Shown: positions 1 to 12,464 of the stretch, one piece after another
Layout: each line of letters begins with the position of its first letter
Numbering within the stretch: the stretch's first letter is position 1
Source: the human T2T-CHM13v2.0 reference genome, Homo sapiens
Direction: 5' to 3' (one strand)
Assembly: GCF_009914755.1 (NCBI RefSeq)
Contig: NC_060933.1
Length of the DNA: 64,000 bases
The notes under the pieces: generated by a model
The model's input: only the letters and a program-made list of their open reading frames with translations
What the model was told of the DNA's origin: nothing
The model's database searches: none
Translations under genes and position numbers: made by a program

Positions 1-2
1 TT

Positions 3-738
<736 letters not shown>

Positions 739-884
739 TTAGGCAGATACTATGCTTGGCAATTTACAGACCTTGTCTCTAATCCTTATAACCCTACAGT
801 CAATTTCAGAAATGTCAGAGTATATTGGAGAAGAGGGGATGTTAAATCTATGAAACAAATTATTAATGCTGTTACTAGCTGCGA

Positions 885-1120
885 AATCTGGAGGTTTAAA
901 CTCTGTGGGTCTCAGTTTTCTCCTGTAAGATGGGGATAACAGAACACCTACCTCAGAGTTAAGACGATAAATATACATAAGGTGTTTAGATTATAAACAC
1001 TATGTAAATGTTAGCTATTAATGTTAAATGAGAACACTAAAGTTCAGAGAAGTCAAGTGACAAAGTCGCATAGCTGTGATCTTTGTTAGGCCACACTCCA
1101 GAGTCCCTGCTCTTTGCCTC
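885..1120. mobile_element. MIR relics (two orientations)
   Basis: CTCAGTTTTCTCCTGTAAGATGGGGATAA core, then a reverse-type core. Confidence 0.55.
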
Positions 1121-2377
1121 ACACCATCTAACCAAAATCCTTCCTCCCTGGATGGGACTACTATTGCCATTTCCAAAAAACAAAGCCCTCTAAATGCATG
1201 TCAATGGGGGGCTTCCCCCAGGTGGTTTATTATCCTGCTAAAAAGGCATCTTGGGGGAAGGATTCCAAGAATAGAGAGAGGAAGTCTCCTGACAGGTTAG
1301 ACTTCAAGGGTACAGAAAGAATATGGAAGAAAAAAGCCAAATCTGTCTCAGTTATTAGGTTTCGTAATTAAAGCAATTTAACTCAACTGAAGAATGCAAT
1401 TGAAGATTTCACATGAATCTTCAAATCCAAACATTAAGAAATAAAAGAAAGGCTTGTATTTTCTTATAACTAAGCTGCAATCCCCACAAAACACAAAAAT
1501 GTTTTCAAAGGTACATTACATGAAACTCCAAGAATATCAAGATAATTAGAGCTCTTAGGAAGGAAGCCCAAATAATTATCTCACTGATCTTTCAACACCT
1601 ATCCAAGCTTCACCTTGAGTTCTGATGCGGTAACTCCTTATTTGTTATTCACATTGTTATGTGACATTTCTTCAGCCAGCAAGCCCACTACAGGATGAGT
1701 TCTACCTAGTAACTACCCTAAGGAGTAAATTTCTAACTCTTTAACAACACAGTAATTGACTTACACTAAAATGTTACTCACACTAGGAAAGGATATTCTT
1801 CGACCAGAGGAAGAGATGCCTCTCCTATACAGACTTTATTACCATCTCAGTGAAAACCAGGTTAAAAGCAAACCAATTTACAAAACTGCATTACCGAAAT
1901 CACAACTCTAAGACTCAGTGAAGCCAAACATGTCTAAGGAAAGCAAATAAGCAAACTATTCTTGATGGAAGTTTTAAAAAGCACGATAGGATCTTTATCT
2001 CTTATAAATTGTTCATTATTCTATAGCAATGACTCTTAAGAAATTCTGTTGTCAGATTTATTTCCACAAATGTAAGTCTACCCTTGGTGAGGCAACTGGT
2101 TCTCTTGAAAAACTGCTGCCACAAGACAATTATCAGTTAAGCAACAGGTTTCATGTAGCAGGTAACAAAAGCTTTATCAGAGAACTCAGTGAGAGTGCAC
2201 TACCACACATTTCATGTATTCCCAAGCAAAGAAAACTTAAAATGATATGAACTCATTTTCAATAAAAGTAGCTCAATTATCGAGGGAAGTAAGAAAACTC
2301 CAAAGTAAAAAAAGTACTACTAATGGTATCTGGTGAAGTCACCATCTTCTTTACACATTTCGTTAGTTCATTTAGAC

Positions 2378-3757
2378 CTGGAGTTCTCATATATTTATGC
2401 CTGAGTGTTCTTCAGGATCCCTTTTACACTCTTAAAAATTATGAAGGACCCTAAAGGGTTGATATTTATGTGGCTTTGTCTATTGATATTTATCATACTG
2501 GAAAATAAACCTATGAAAAATTTAAAATATTTGATAATCCATTTAAATTTAATAAATTCACGTTAGTACAAATAACATTTTTATGAAAAATAAAATTGTC
2601 CAATAAAACATAAAAATTAGAAGAGTGGCATTGTTTTACATTTTGCTAATCTCCTTAATATCTGGCTTAATCCTAGCAGCTAGATCTCCTATCTGTTTAC
2701 CCATTCAGTATATTGTGATTTTTTGTTGTTGTTGAAGCACAGGCAGAAAATCTGGCCCCACAGATTTATAATCGGAAAAGGAAGAAGTATTTGCTTTTTA
2801 AAGTAATTGTGGATAGTCTTCTTTGATACTACACCAAAACTCAATTAAGTGGTACTTTCTTAAAGGTTAGTTCAGTGTGAGTTTAAAACCATATCAATGA
2901 ACTATGTGTAATCCGTTACATTAAAATCCATTGATCAATCTGGCATTTTGAACAGATCTCTTAGCTGTGTAGGATCCTGTAATATCACACATAGATCTTT
3001 TGGAAAATACTGAATTACTGAGATATTCAGATTTTCAAAATGTTGACACATTTCATAACATCGAAAATCATATTTATTTCATCATCCATCTCATCAGAAG
3101 ACATTAATCATTGGGAAGCTGTCAAGCTCTTAGTGGCAAGTACAAGTTTTCCAAAACTAATTGTTGCTTGAAAGCTCAAATTTTATTTACTGGCAACCAA
3201 TACTGTCAGTTTTCCTTGATATGACAGACTCACTGTTCGTTTAAGAAAAAAATAGTCTGCCAAATGCCCAAGGCTGAATCAAGTATAGTTTAATTATTTC
3301 AAGTATTCCATGAACAAAAGTAGCTGGCTCAGATCACAACATAATCACACAAGCACTTTGTCTTAAAACAACCATTTTAGTTTGCACCAGAAGTGCTTGG
3401 CATGTACTTTTCCATTTTGTCACACAGAATATCAAAAGTACATGTACTCAAGGGTCAAGATTTAATCATCATTTTTACTGCTTCATCAAGGATGACATTA
3501 AGTGGAAAAGTCTTTTTGAAAAATACAAGTGCATGGAAGTGAAGAATATAATGACTACTAATACAGTTTGTGCCTTGATTTCTGGTAAGGGACCAACAGT
3601 TTTTACTCACTATTGTTTCTGCAAAATCAGTGTAAATGTCAATACAGTAAAAAAGGCAAATGATGTCTTAGCATTACGATTAAAATATATTTAAGAACAT
3701 CCTGAAAGGGTCTCAAGGACCCCCAGAGGTTTGCAGACCACACTTTGAAAATCACTG
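2378..3757 (+). mobile_element. hAT-Charlie DNA transposon, Charlie1a-like, near full length
   Basis: Begins CTGGAGTTCTCA...CCCTTTTACACTCTTAAAAATTAT...GGACCC and ends GACCACACTTTGAAAATCACTG; degenerate TIRs; subfamily from memory. Confidence 0.75.
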
Positions 3758-4159
3758 GTTTGGATGCAACCATAAATAAATTTAAGGACTCAATAAATGG
3801 GAAGAGATTAAGTTTGAAACAAACAATAGTAATGAATGGTCAAAGAATGACAGAAAATACAATTGAGTACTACTTCATTATTTGTTTATAAATTTTAAAA
3901 AGCAAGGGATGAGGAAGGGGGATAAAGTACATAAGGCTACACAGAAGTGTTCTGTCTTCTAGCTTTTCTTTCGTGACAGAAAGACTAAATTAGATAAACT
4001 GGAATTAGCCATAATAAAAAGAACATTGCATCTGATCCAGTGGAGCATAAGGAATTAAAAGACTGAATTTTTAATTCTTCCAAGGTGATACAGCTTCATA
4101 CAGCTTCATGATTGAAATGGGGACTTGAATTAATAAAACTAGTTTTAAAAATGAAAACT

Positions 4160-4479
<320 letters not shown>

Positions 4480-7400
4480 CTATTCCCTTCACTGATTCAG
4501 TCTATGCTTCATTTTGCGGTAGATTTGTTACTAAAATGTTTCCTGAGCTCTAAACTATGGGATTACACCTGAAGGAAACATCATAGATAAAATATCACAG
4601 GAAATCTAATCAATCATCTCTTTTTTTCATCAGTGTTTTAGAAGAAAATAGAGAATACAGAAATTTGGGCATTACAATGATGGGTTGGAAGAGCAAGCAG
4701 AACCCACTCTTAGACCTCCAAAATGCTCTTATACACAGATCTAAAAATCCATGATTCTATGAAATGTAAGGAGGAACTGGAAATAAAAAGCTGGGAAGAT
4801 TATCCATCTTTTTCACATGAAGAATTTAGTTGTGCATTTCTCTCTCAAAATATGAATCTTGAGTATATTTTTAATGAGTTATAAATTGTTTACAATGCAA
4901 ATAGTTGTTCAAGCAAATATCTGTTAGATACATTCTCTGCTAATAATACCACTACAATTCCAATGTGCTATAGCTATTACTCTAACAACTCCCTTAATCA
5001 CTATTACCAAATTTTTAAAATAATTTCTCACTTGGGCAGTGAGTGCAAAGTCACTATTCTGGGTCAAACCACCCACAGAGTATATCTTCAAATCAAATGC
5101 CTGGATTTGTTTCCCTGAATACATTACATGTTGCTGCCCAGGGAATTGGTTTTAGAAACATTACACCTGCCAGCTGACTTATCAGCAGGGCCCATAGAAC
5201 TGACACCAACTTAAAGGCAAGAATCAGTCCAGAAACAGAAAAATATACTGCTACTGCCATCTGTGGTTTATGCTTGAATAGCTTCTCTGGTGTAAACAAA
5301 TTGAAGGGTGTAGAGTTTACAATTAGAATCCAAAGGCCTCATCATTTAAAGACACTTTTTTAAAGTTAATTCTTAATGTAACGAATTGTATGGTTTATTT
5401 AGTATAAGACGTAAGAATCCGTGATTCTGTATTTGAGATTATATAATGCTGATGGAGAAACCACAAACTACCCTGAATGAAAACTACTCCATTGCATAAC
5501 TTTATTTGTCCCAAACACACACTCCTTAAAGAAACTCAGAACACTTGAAGCCCTCCTGTGAATTTATAATTAGAATCATTTCTCTTTTGAAATCGTGACT
5601 GTCAATATTAAAACAGCCCCCGAAATTTTTAAAGCAAAAAAATTTTAGGAAATCCAGGAATTTTCTATTTAGACGTAAGAATTTGGCCAGTTTGCTTCTG
5701 TCAAGATAAAAATTTGGGAGTTCAATTATTCCTATAATTTTTTTAAGAACAAAAATTCCAAAATGCAAATGAAGTTTCAAAGTAGGCTATTTTCACAACG
5801 TATTTTCTCTCAGTTTGCTTTCTCAAATGACAACCACTGTAGCTTGGGGATCAAAAGATTTGGTGCAGCTGGGGGTGGGGAAAAAAGCAATTCAGCTCCC
5901 CAGCAGCCGGCTGAGGAAATCCTGGTCCGCTCCCAAACTAAATCACTGTTAATTAGAATTACCGGGTTACACTAGTAAAGTCTTATTTAAATAACTGTAA
6001 CCACTGAAAAAACTCTGGGTTTTTTTGAGAAGCTTTTCTACAAAGGCTGCTGTTTAATAGCAGGTAACAAAGAATGAAGAACGAAATACCGTAGGAAATG
6101 TTTTATTCTTTCAAATGATGCTCTCCTCTTTTTCCTGTGGCTATTTCTCCGCCATACTGAAAAACAGGTTAGACATCTCACAGTGGTTTTCTTCTGATTT
6201 TCTATTACTTACTAAGGGTGTTACAGTCTAACACCCTTGTCTTTTTCTTAAAGACAAGCCATGTTGGAAAACAATCAATGAACAAAAGACTGGGCTGGAT
6301 TCTAGAAATACTGTATATCAAAGTTACATCTAGAGACGTTTTTTAAATTTAAGCTCAGCTGAATCTGAAACTTAAGCTCTAAAAAGCTCAATACCCAAGA
6401 AAGAATTACCTGCTCAGTACCAAACCACTTTCTTGCTCATTTTTAATAATTCTGGTATTTCTGAACCCTAGTTATCGAAGGCATCCATAAACCCTTAAGA
6501 AATTACCTGAGCCAGGAAAAAACTTTAATTAAAAAGTTAAGGTTGATCTTAATGCAGAAGTGTGAAAAACATTTTCCTTCACAACTTAATTGGTTTTGGA
6601 AATGCTCTCAAAGTATTACAAAGAGTTGGGTATATCAGATCACTACTTATGTGGGCAGATTAGATAGCTACCTTCTGTTAAAAACTGTTTCAAGCACATT
6701 TATTCTTTATTGAAATACAAGCGTGTTTATCTGTTGATTCAGAACTTTGATTTTTCTAATTCTGACCTTTTTCCCACATGACTAGAATCTGTTTTTACAC
6801 ATGAAATAAGGCACTTTTACTGTCCTACTTAAAAAAAACAGACTGACCCAACAATGTAAAATTTACTCTAAAACACATCTTCTCAAGTGTCACTTTCAAC
6901 TTAATTATTATGCATGGAAAAATACTGAACAGAAAAGTGTCATTAATTTGGCTATAAATCAAAAATAAACTTAAGAAGCAAAGATTATGACCAGCCCCAA
7001 AGATCTCGATGAATTTGCTGACAATGAAGTCTCCTAATGTGGGAGAATCTATCCTGGCTTTATGCAATTCTTAAGCTAGAAGTTGCCATCTGAACACAAT
7101 TCATTAACAAACCAATTTTTCAACATAACCAATAAATAATATCTACCCAATTATAAAAATGAAGTGGTAAATCTTCCCACTAACACAAATGAAACACAGC
7201 TCCAAGCTCCAAAACATGCAAGCATCATTAGCAATTTAAAGCCAACTTGCACAACAAACACTAGGGGTGGTATAAGAAACTTCCTCTACCAATGTTACAG
7301 CAACAGTTGGCATTTCTACCTACCATCCTCTACTATTCTAAAATGTGGTATTTTAATCTAAACTCTATTTTCCACCTTTGCCCCAAAACCCTAGGAAAAA

Positions 7401-10119
7401 AGTAGGGAATGAGAAACCAGAAAATTCTAAATAAAATATGGAAATGCATGATTTGGACATATTTTTGGAAATTTACCAGCAGTTATTTTTTTCATTAGCT
7501 CCCCATCCAACTCCCTTTCATGTACTAACACATGTGCCTTGCATACACCTTTTTGCTACGGAAGTCAGAATGAATTATAGATTAGGAATCATGTCATCAT
7601 ATTTTGGTTACATGAATCAGAACTGCTGAATGATTTGGTGGCTTGTACACTGGAGACTGTAAATGTGGTCATCTCCCACCTCAGCTATGCAAAATCACCA
7701 GTGAATTTGCTCACTGTCGCCTTTCTTCTACCCTAGCCGTCTTTGGAGGTCACAGAAGCTACAAAAAAAGAAAAAAAAAAAAAAAAGAAAAACCTGCGTG
7801 CTGTATGTACTAAGAAACAACAGTACTACAGCATGTTTTTGGTTTTGTTTTTTTCTAATGGGAGTAGGAAAAAATTCTGGGGCAACTCAGAATTAACTTA
7901 ATTTTTTAAATCACAGAACTGAAAAGTTAAATCATCATGGGAAATATTTGCCAATTTATTTTCCAGCATAAACATTTGGACGGCATGGTTATAGCAGAAG
8001 AAAAAGGCACCGTGCTATTCAGTGAACTTCTCCCCATTTCCTCTAAAGTGTAATTACATAAAATATGCTTTTAATTACTTATAATGGCTTATAACCTTCC
8101 TTTGCCTTCCTTTGCTTTAAATATTTAAAAGTATATTCCCTCATTCTCTTAAAATGAACAAATGCAATATTCAGCATACACTTCCTCAAATCATTCATCT
8201 TCCTTTGAAATCCCAAAAGGGAGCAGTCCTCTATTACAACTAAATGAGTTCATGTTTGTTATGAAAACCTACAAGCAACAACTGAAAATAGCGCAGTCAG
8301 CACAGGGAATTCCTGGAAGGATGATGGTGCATCAAAAGGCTAGAAAGAAACTCTGTTCTGACAGAATAAAAACCATTCAAAGGACTGTAAATTCAGCATC
8401 AATGGTGTTTCCGGTAGGAAAACATTTCTAAAATGCCACCTCCAGTTTATTTCTTCATGACAGAGACCAAAAGACCCCCTATCTGTATAGTTGTCTCTTG
8501 AAAATAGTTCATATAAAATAGAAATCAGTCACTAGGAGTAAAAAACAGATAATTCATTTCTTTTCTACTCAGAACAAGCAGTTTCATATATTTTTGGAGA
8601 AAAATATTAATTAGGAAGCAAAAAAGAAAAAATGTGCCCATTGTTCCATAGGCAAACTTAAAAAAATTTTTGGCAATTCTTCTGTGAGCATGTTAACTTC
8701 ATAAGTGCTAATGAACATAAATTGTAAAACATTGCACAATGCTAGTTTTTACACTGAAAAATATCCCACAACGGTCTAGCGTCTAGTGTATTTTAAGCCC
8801 ATCAAGCTGCCAAAAGTTCCCATTGTATTTTCAGCAAAAAGAAAACATCTGTACCACTAACTTAGACTAATGTAAAGCTTTAAAGCCACCTTAGTCTAAA
8901 TGGATTGCTCGATAACATTCTTTCAAATGGTTCTGACCAATTGAGGAAATGAGACTATGAATGGGAAATCTGATTAAGAGTTAAAATTACCATTGAGTTC
9001 TTTAAAATGTACTAATGAATAATTAATAACAAATGCAGTTCTTAGGTTTCTCTTACAACACTATTATTCTCAAGTAGAATTGAAAGCAATATTGCAGTAA
9101 ATATTGAATTGCAGTAAAATCCGTCATCTACATTATATGCACAGGTGGGTACAGGAAGTATTCACACATAGGAAGGCATCACAGAAATATACACGCTAAT
9201 ATGGGATATAAGATAGGTTGGGGTTTGGATTCAAAAAAATCAGCATGGGAAAATTTAGATCAGGATTTACAACACTCACAAATTAATACCAAACCAAATC
9301 TCCACACAAACTAGCTTAAAAAGTCAAAGGCATTAAAGAAATCCTTTGTTCCTATTATACTGTCTCCTTCTACCCTAACTGGATTCCAGCTTCCCCCTTT
9401 GTGACACGGAATTTTATTGATCTCAAACATGTTCACATTCAGAAATTAGTTGCCAACGACAGCCCACGGAACGGCCAGCCACCTAGCCATCATACATCAT
9501 ACACAAATTAAAAAAAAAAAAAAAAGAGCTCTGAAAACACATCATTATTTTTAAGATCAGCAACATCAAGTGAAGTTAACCAAGCTCTCTTCTACACGGA
9601 CTTTTCCCTTTTGTAAAAAACACCAGATCTCCTGAACTAACAAAATGTTTGACTAGTTAATAAACGTATGAAGGCACGGATCCAACCCAAGATTTCCACC
9701 GTCTGTAGCTACTCACTCATTCAACAATTGAGCGCCTAACTGACCTATTTTCAGGTTACTTTCCTCACACCTGCCAGGTCACTGTCCTGATTGAGAAACC
9801 TCTTGGTGAAGCAGTTAATTTTTAGTGCCTCCTAACTGTCCCGGGTGTTTGCATTCAATTTGAAATCTGTTACTTGTTAGACACTGTTCGGTCCTAGATC
9901 TCTCAGAGAACTGCGAGTTTATGGCGCAGCGAGGGGAGGAGGCACTGATCTCTGAGAGCCTCCCTTTATTCGGAAATGAGGAGATGTGAAAGGTGGAAAA
10001 CAGGGCAAATAAATAAATCGGGTTTGCCGCCGGAGCGTTTGCCGGCCGGTGCGAGCACCCTTTGTAATGCAGGCCTCCCGGGGCGATCGCCTGCGCTAAT
10101 TGCTCCAGGGCGCTTTCCA

Positions 10120-10133
10120 AGTTCAAAAGTTCA
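10120..10133 (+). promoter_or_regulatory. Candidate DR2 retinoic acid response element
   Basis: AGTTCA-AA-AGTTCA, an exact RG(G/T)TCA-n2-RG(G/T)TCA match in non-Alu sequence. Confidence 0.5.
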
Positions 10134-11276
10134 CCTTTTACGACCTCACAAAAGCTCCTAACACGTTACCAATAAAAACATTCCGCGGCAAACACCGAGG
10201 AGGAAAATATCAAACAGATACAAATAAAACACCCCGCAGGGGGAGGGAGCGAAGGGGAGGAGGGCGAGGAAGCCCCGAGGAACCTGAGGACCCGGCCCGG
10301 GCGAGGGGGCGAGGGACGAGCGGTAGGAAGGGCCGGGCCAGGTGAGGGATTCTCAGCTCCCAAGGTCCCGGATCGGGACAAGAAAGAGGAGAACTGAGAC
10401 TAAGAGGTGGGGACCGGGACCTGCCGGGCAGAAGCCGGGAGGAGGCAGGTGTCCGGGGCCCCGGGGCGGGCTGGAGCCCTCGGCCAGGGAAAGCCGTTGC
10501 CTGGCGGAGAGGGGAGCTGAGCAGGGGCGGAGACCGGCCAGAGCGCGCGGGGCGTTGAGGAAGGTGAGGCGCAGGGGAAGCAGGAGGCGCGAAGGGGTCC
10601 GAAAAAGGAAACGACTGGGGGATGTCTAGCGAACGGGGGTTCGGCAGAGGTGGGGGGCTCGTAGTATTCAAGGAAGAACGCTCGAGGCTGCAGAAGAGGA
10701 AAACGCTCTAGAAAGCTGAGCGGTACAAGGGTGCTGTGGAGTCGGGTCAACAGGGCAAGAAGGGAGCGTCCTCGGTGGGAGGAGGAACCCCTGTAGGGGA
10801 AAAGAGAGGCTCTGCGTTAAGGGAACCCGAGTGAGGGGATGCCCCCACTGACGGACCGCGGTGGGGACTTCCAACCTGAGGAGCCCGGGGGGAGGGGAAG
10901 GTTCGGTGCTGGGAAGACAGGGGGAGGGGACCCGGGGGGAGGAGGGAGGATTGGTGCTGAGGGGACGGGGGGAGGGGAAGCCTGTGCAGAGGGGACGGGG
11001 GGAGGGGGAAATGAAGCTCGGTGCCCAGGGACCCGGGCAGGGGGAGGGTCCGCGCAGAAGGGAACAGGGACGAAGGAGGAGGATCCACCCTGAGCGAGAC
11101 CGGGGAGGAGAGGGAGGGTCCGCGCCAACGGGGAACGGGGTGAAGGGCCACCCTAAGGGGCCGCGGGGCCGCTGCGGCTTCCCAGGGCGAGGGTCGGCAG
11201 AGAGGAGGGGGATCCCTGGCGGAGGCTCAGGAAGCCGGTTCCTGCCTGGCCCGGGCGTCGCAGGCCCCTCACCCAC

Positions 11277-11376
11277 CGTTGCGCGGCGGCGGAGGGAGCG
11301 CGGCGGGAGGCTCCAGGAACCCCGCCGAGCCCCCGCCGCCTCCCCCTCCGCTAGGCGGCGGTTCGTCCCGCTCCAT
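11277..11376 (-). CDS. NR6A1: NR6A1 (germ cell nuclear factor, GCNF) coding exon 1; the rest of the gene lies left of the window
   Basis: Reverse strand from ATG at 11376 reads MERDEPPPSGGGGGGGSAGFLEPPAALPPPPRN + G (100 nt, phase 1), matching the human NR6A1 N-terminus as I recall it; followed by donor G|GTGGGT at 11276; lies in a CpG island. Confidence 0.95.
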
Positions 11377-11386
11377 GCGGTGGTGC

Positions 11387-11419
11387 CTAGGGTCCGCGCC
11401 GGGTTTGTTGCTCCGCCAT
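11387..11419 (-). other. Upstream ORF (MAEQQTRRGP*) in the NR6A1 5'UTR
   Basis: Minus strand GGTC-ATG-GCG GAG CAA CAA ACC CGG CGC GGA CCC TAG; stop ends 10 nt before the main ATG. Confidence 0.7.
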
Positions 11420-11584
11420 GACCGGCGCCCTAGTCGCCGTGGTCGTCGTCCGCCGAGGGGAGGAGGTTGTCAGGAGCCCGCGAGCTCCCGGCCGCGGCTC
11501 TCTCTGGGCCCCGAGCCGCCCGGCTCCGCGCCGCTCCGCGCCCCTCCGCGCCGCGCCCCCTCAGCACTGGCCAGCTCCCTCCCC

Positions 11585-11592
11585 TGACGTCA
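11585..11592. promoter_or_regulatory. Full palindromic CRE (CREB/CREM/ATF) in the NR6A1 proximal promoter
   Basis: TGACGTCA about 210 bp upstream of the NR6A1 ATG. Confidence 0.6.
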
Positions 11593-12450
11593 CACGCCGC
11601 TGCCGCGCAAGGCCCTGCGGGGCACGCTGGAAGTTGGAGTCCGCTCAGCGAGGCCGGCCACGCCGACCGCACCAACTGAAGGGGTGGAAGGAGGGATAAG
11701 AAGTCCTGAGAAGGGAAAGCTAAAGTCTGTCAATATCAAGAACCATGACAAAGCGTTTGATGTCTATGTAGTAAGCGGATACTTCCGGGCCTTGTCTTGA
11801 TTGTGATTTCTACCTGATCAAAGTTCCCTAAGAGTCCTCGTAACCCCCCACCCCAACAATGAGTCTTTGCGAGGAGGTGGATCGCGAGGCAGCCGGGTGA
11901 GCACGTGCAACGAAGCCCAGCCCTGTGGGCGGGGCCCTGGAGGCGGGGCTTGAAGGTACTCACGTGGGCCTCTCCCTGCCGCTGCGGGACAAATTGGACC
12001 GGAGATTAAAGGACCGGAGTTTAACTCGAGGTGACTGCGTTCGTATGCAAATGGAATATATAAAACTCTTCTTTCCGGGGTAGTCTTTAAAGACTTTTTA
12101 CCTCCGGGTGGGCGGCAAAGACTAAAGTTTCCCCTCCTCCCCTTTCATTTTCCCCCTGCCCATAGAACAGATGGGCAAACTAAGCTCCGGGCCATTGGGG
12201 CTATTAAAGAAAGCCCTAGGCTCTTGACCCCAGGTGTCTTGAAACCTTCCGTTTAAGAGGGATCCCTTGCCCAGCCTTGTTTGCCTTCCCCTTTCCTCAG
12301 TTTCCCTATCTGTAAAAGGGGGTTGGAATAAGGACAGGATCAAGTTGGAAGATCGCAAACCCCTGCCCCTCCCACCTCAGTTTCCCGAAGCTTTCCGGAA
12401 GCAAAATCCCGAATTTTGCAGCGGCTCCCGGCCGAATCCACCCGCTGCGG

Positions 12451-12464
12451 CCACCAGGTGGCGC
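12451..12464 (+). promoter_or_regulatory. CTCF core motif
   Basis: CCACCAGGTGGCGC matches CCASYAGRKGGCRS at every position. Confidence 0.65.

Noticed and set aside
2378-3757. Possible domesticated transposase in the Charlie element
   Set aside because: No ORF of 60 aa or more in the track across the element; a decayed non-autonomous copy
6214-6238. Hairpin as an iron-responsive element
   Set aside because: Loop is CAGTC rather than CAGUGN, there is no C bulge, and it is intronic
9715-9740. SOX-like AACAAT motif near the T-box site
   Set aside because: Lies in what looks like an L2 3'-end relic (CATTCAACAA...TTGAGCGCCTA), so weak evidence
10668-11276. 202-aa Pro-rich minus-strand ORF and overlapping Gly/Arg-rich ORFs in the NR6A1 CpG island
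   Set aside because: Starts at the GTG of the splice donor, is out of frame with NR6A1, and reflects stop-codon scarcity in GC-rich low-complexity DNA
11418-11699. 93-aa plus-strand ORF with GCCATGA start, antisense to the NR6A1 5'UTR
   Set aside because: Shares the CATG palindrome with the uORF start; low-complexity product; no transcript evidence in the sequence
12045-12110. Octamer plus TATA as a U6/7SK-type Pol III snRNA gene
   Set aside because: The octamer is only 4 bp from the TATA, there is no recognisable PSE, and no recognisable small RNA body follows
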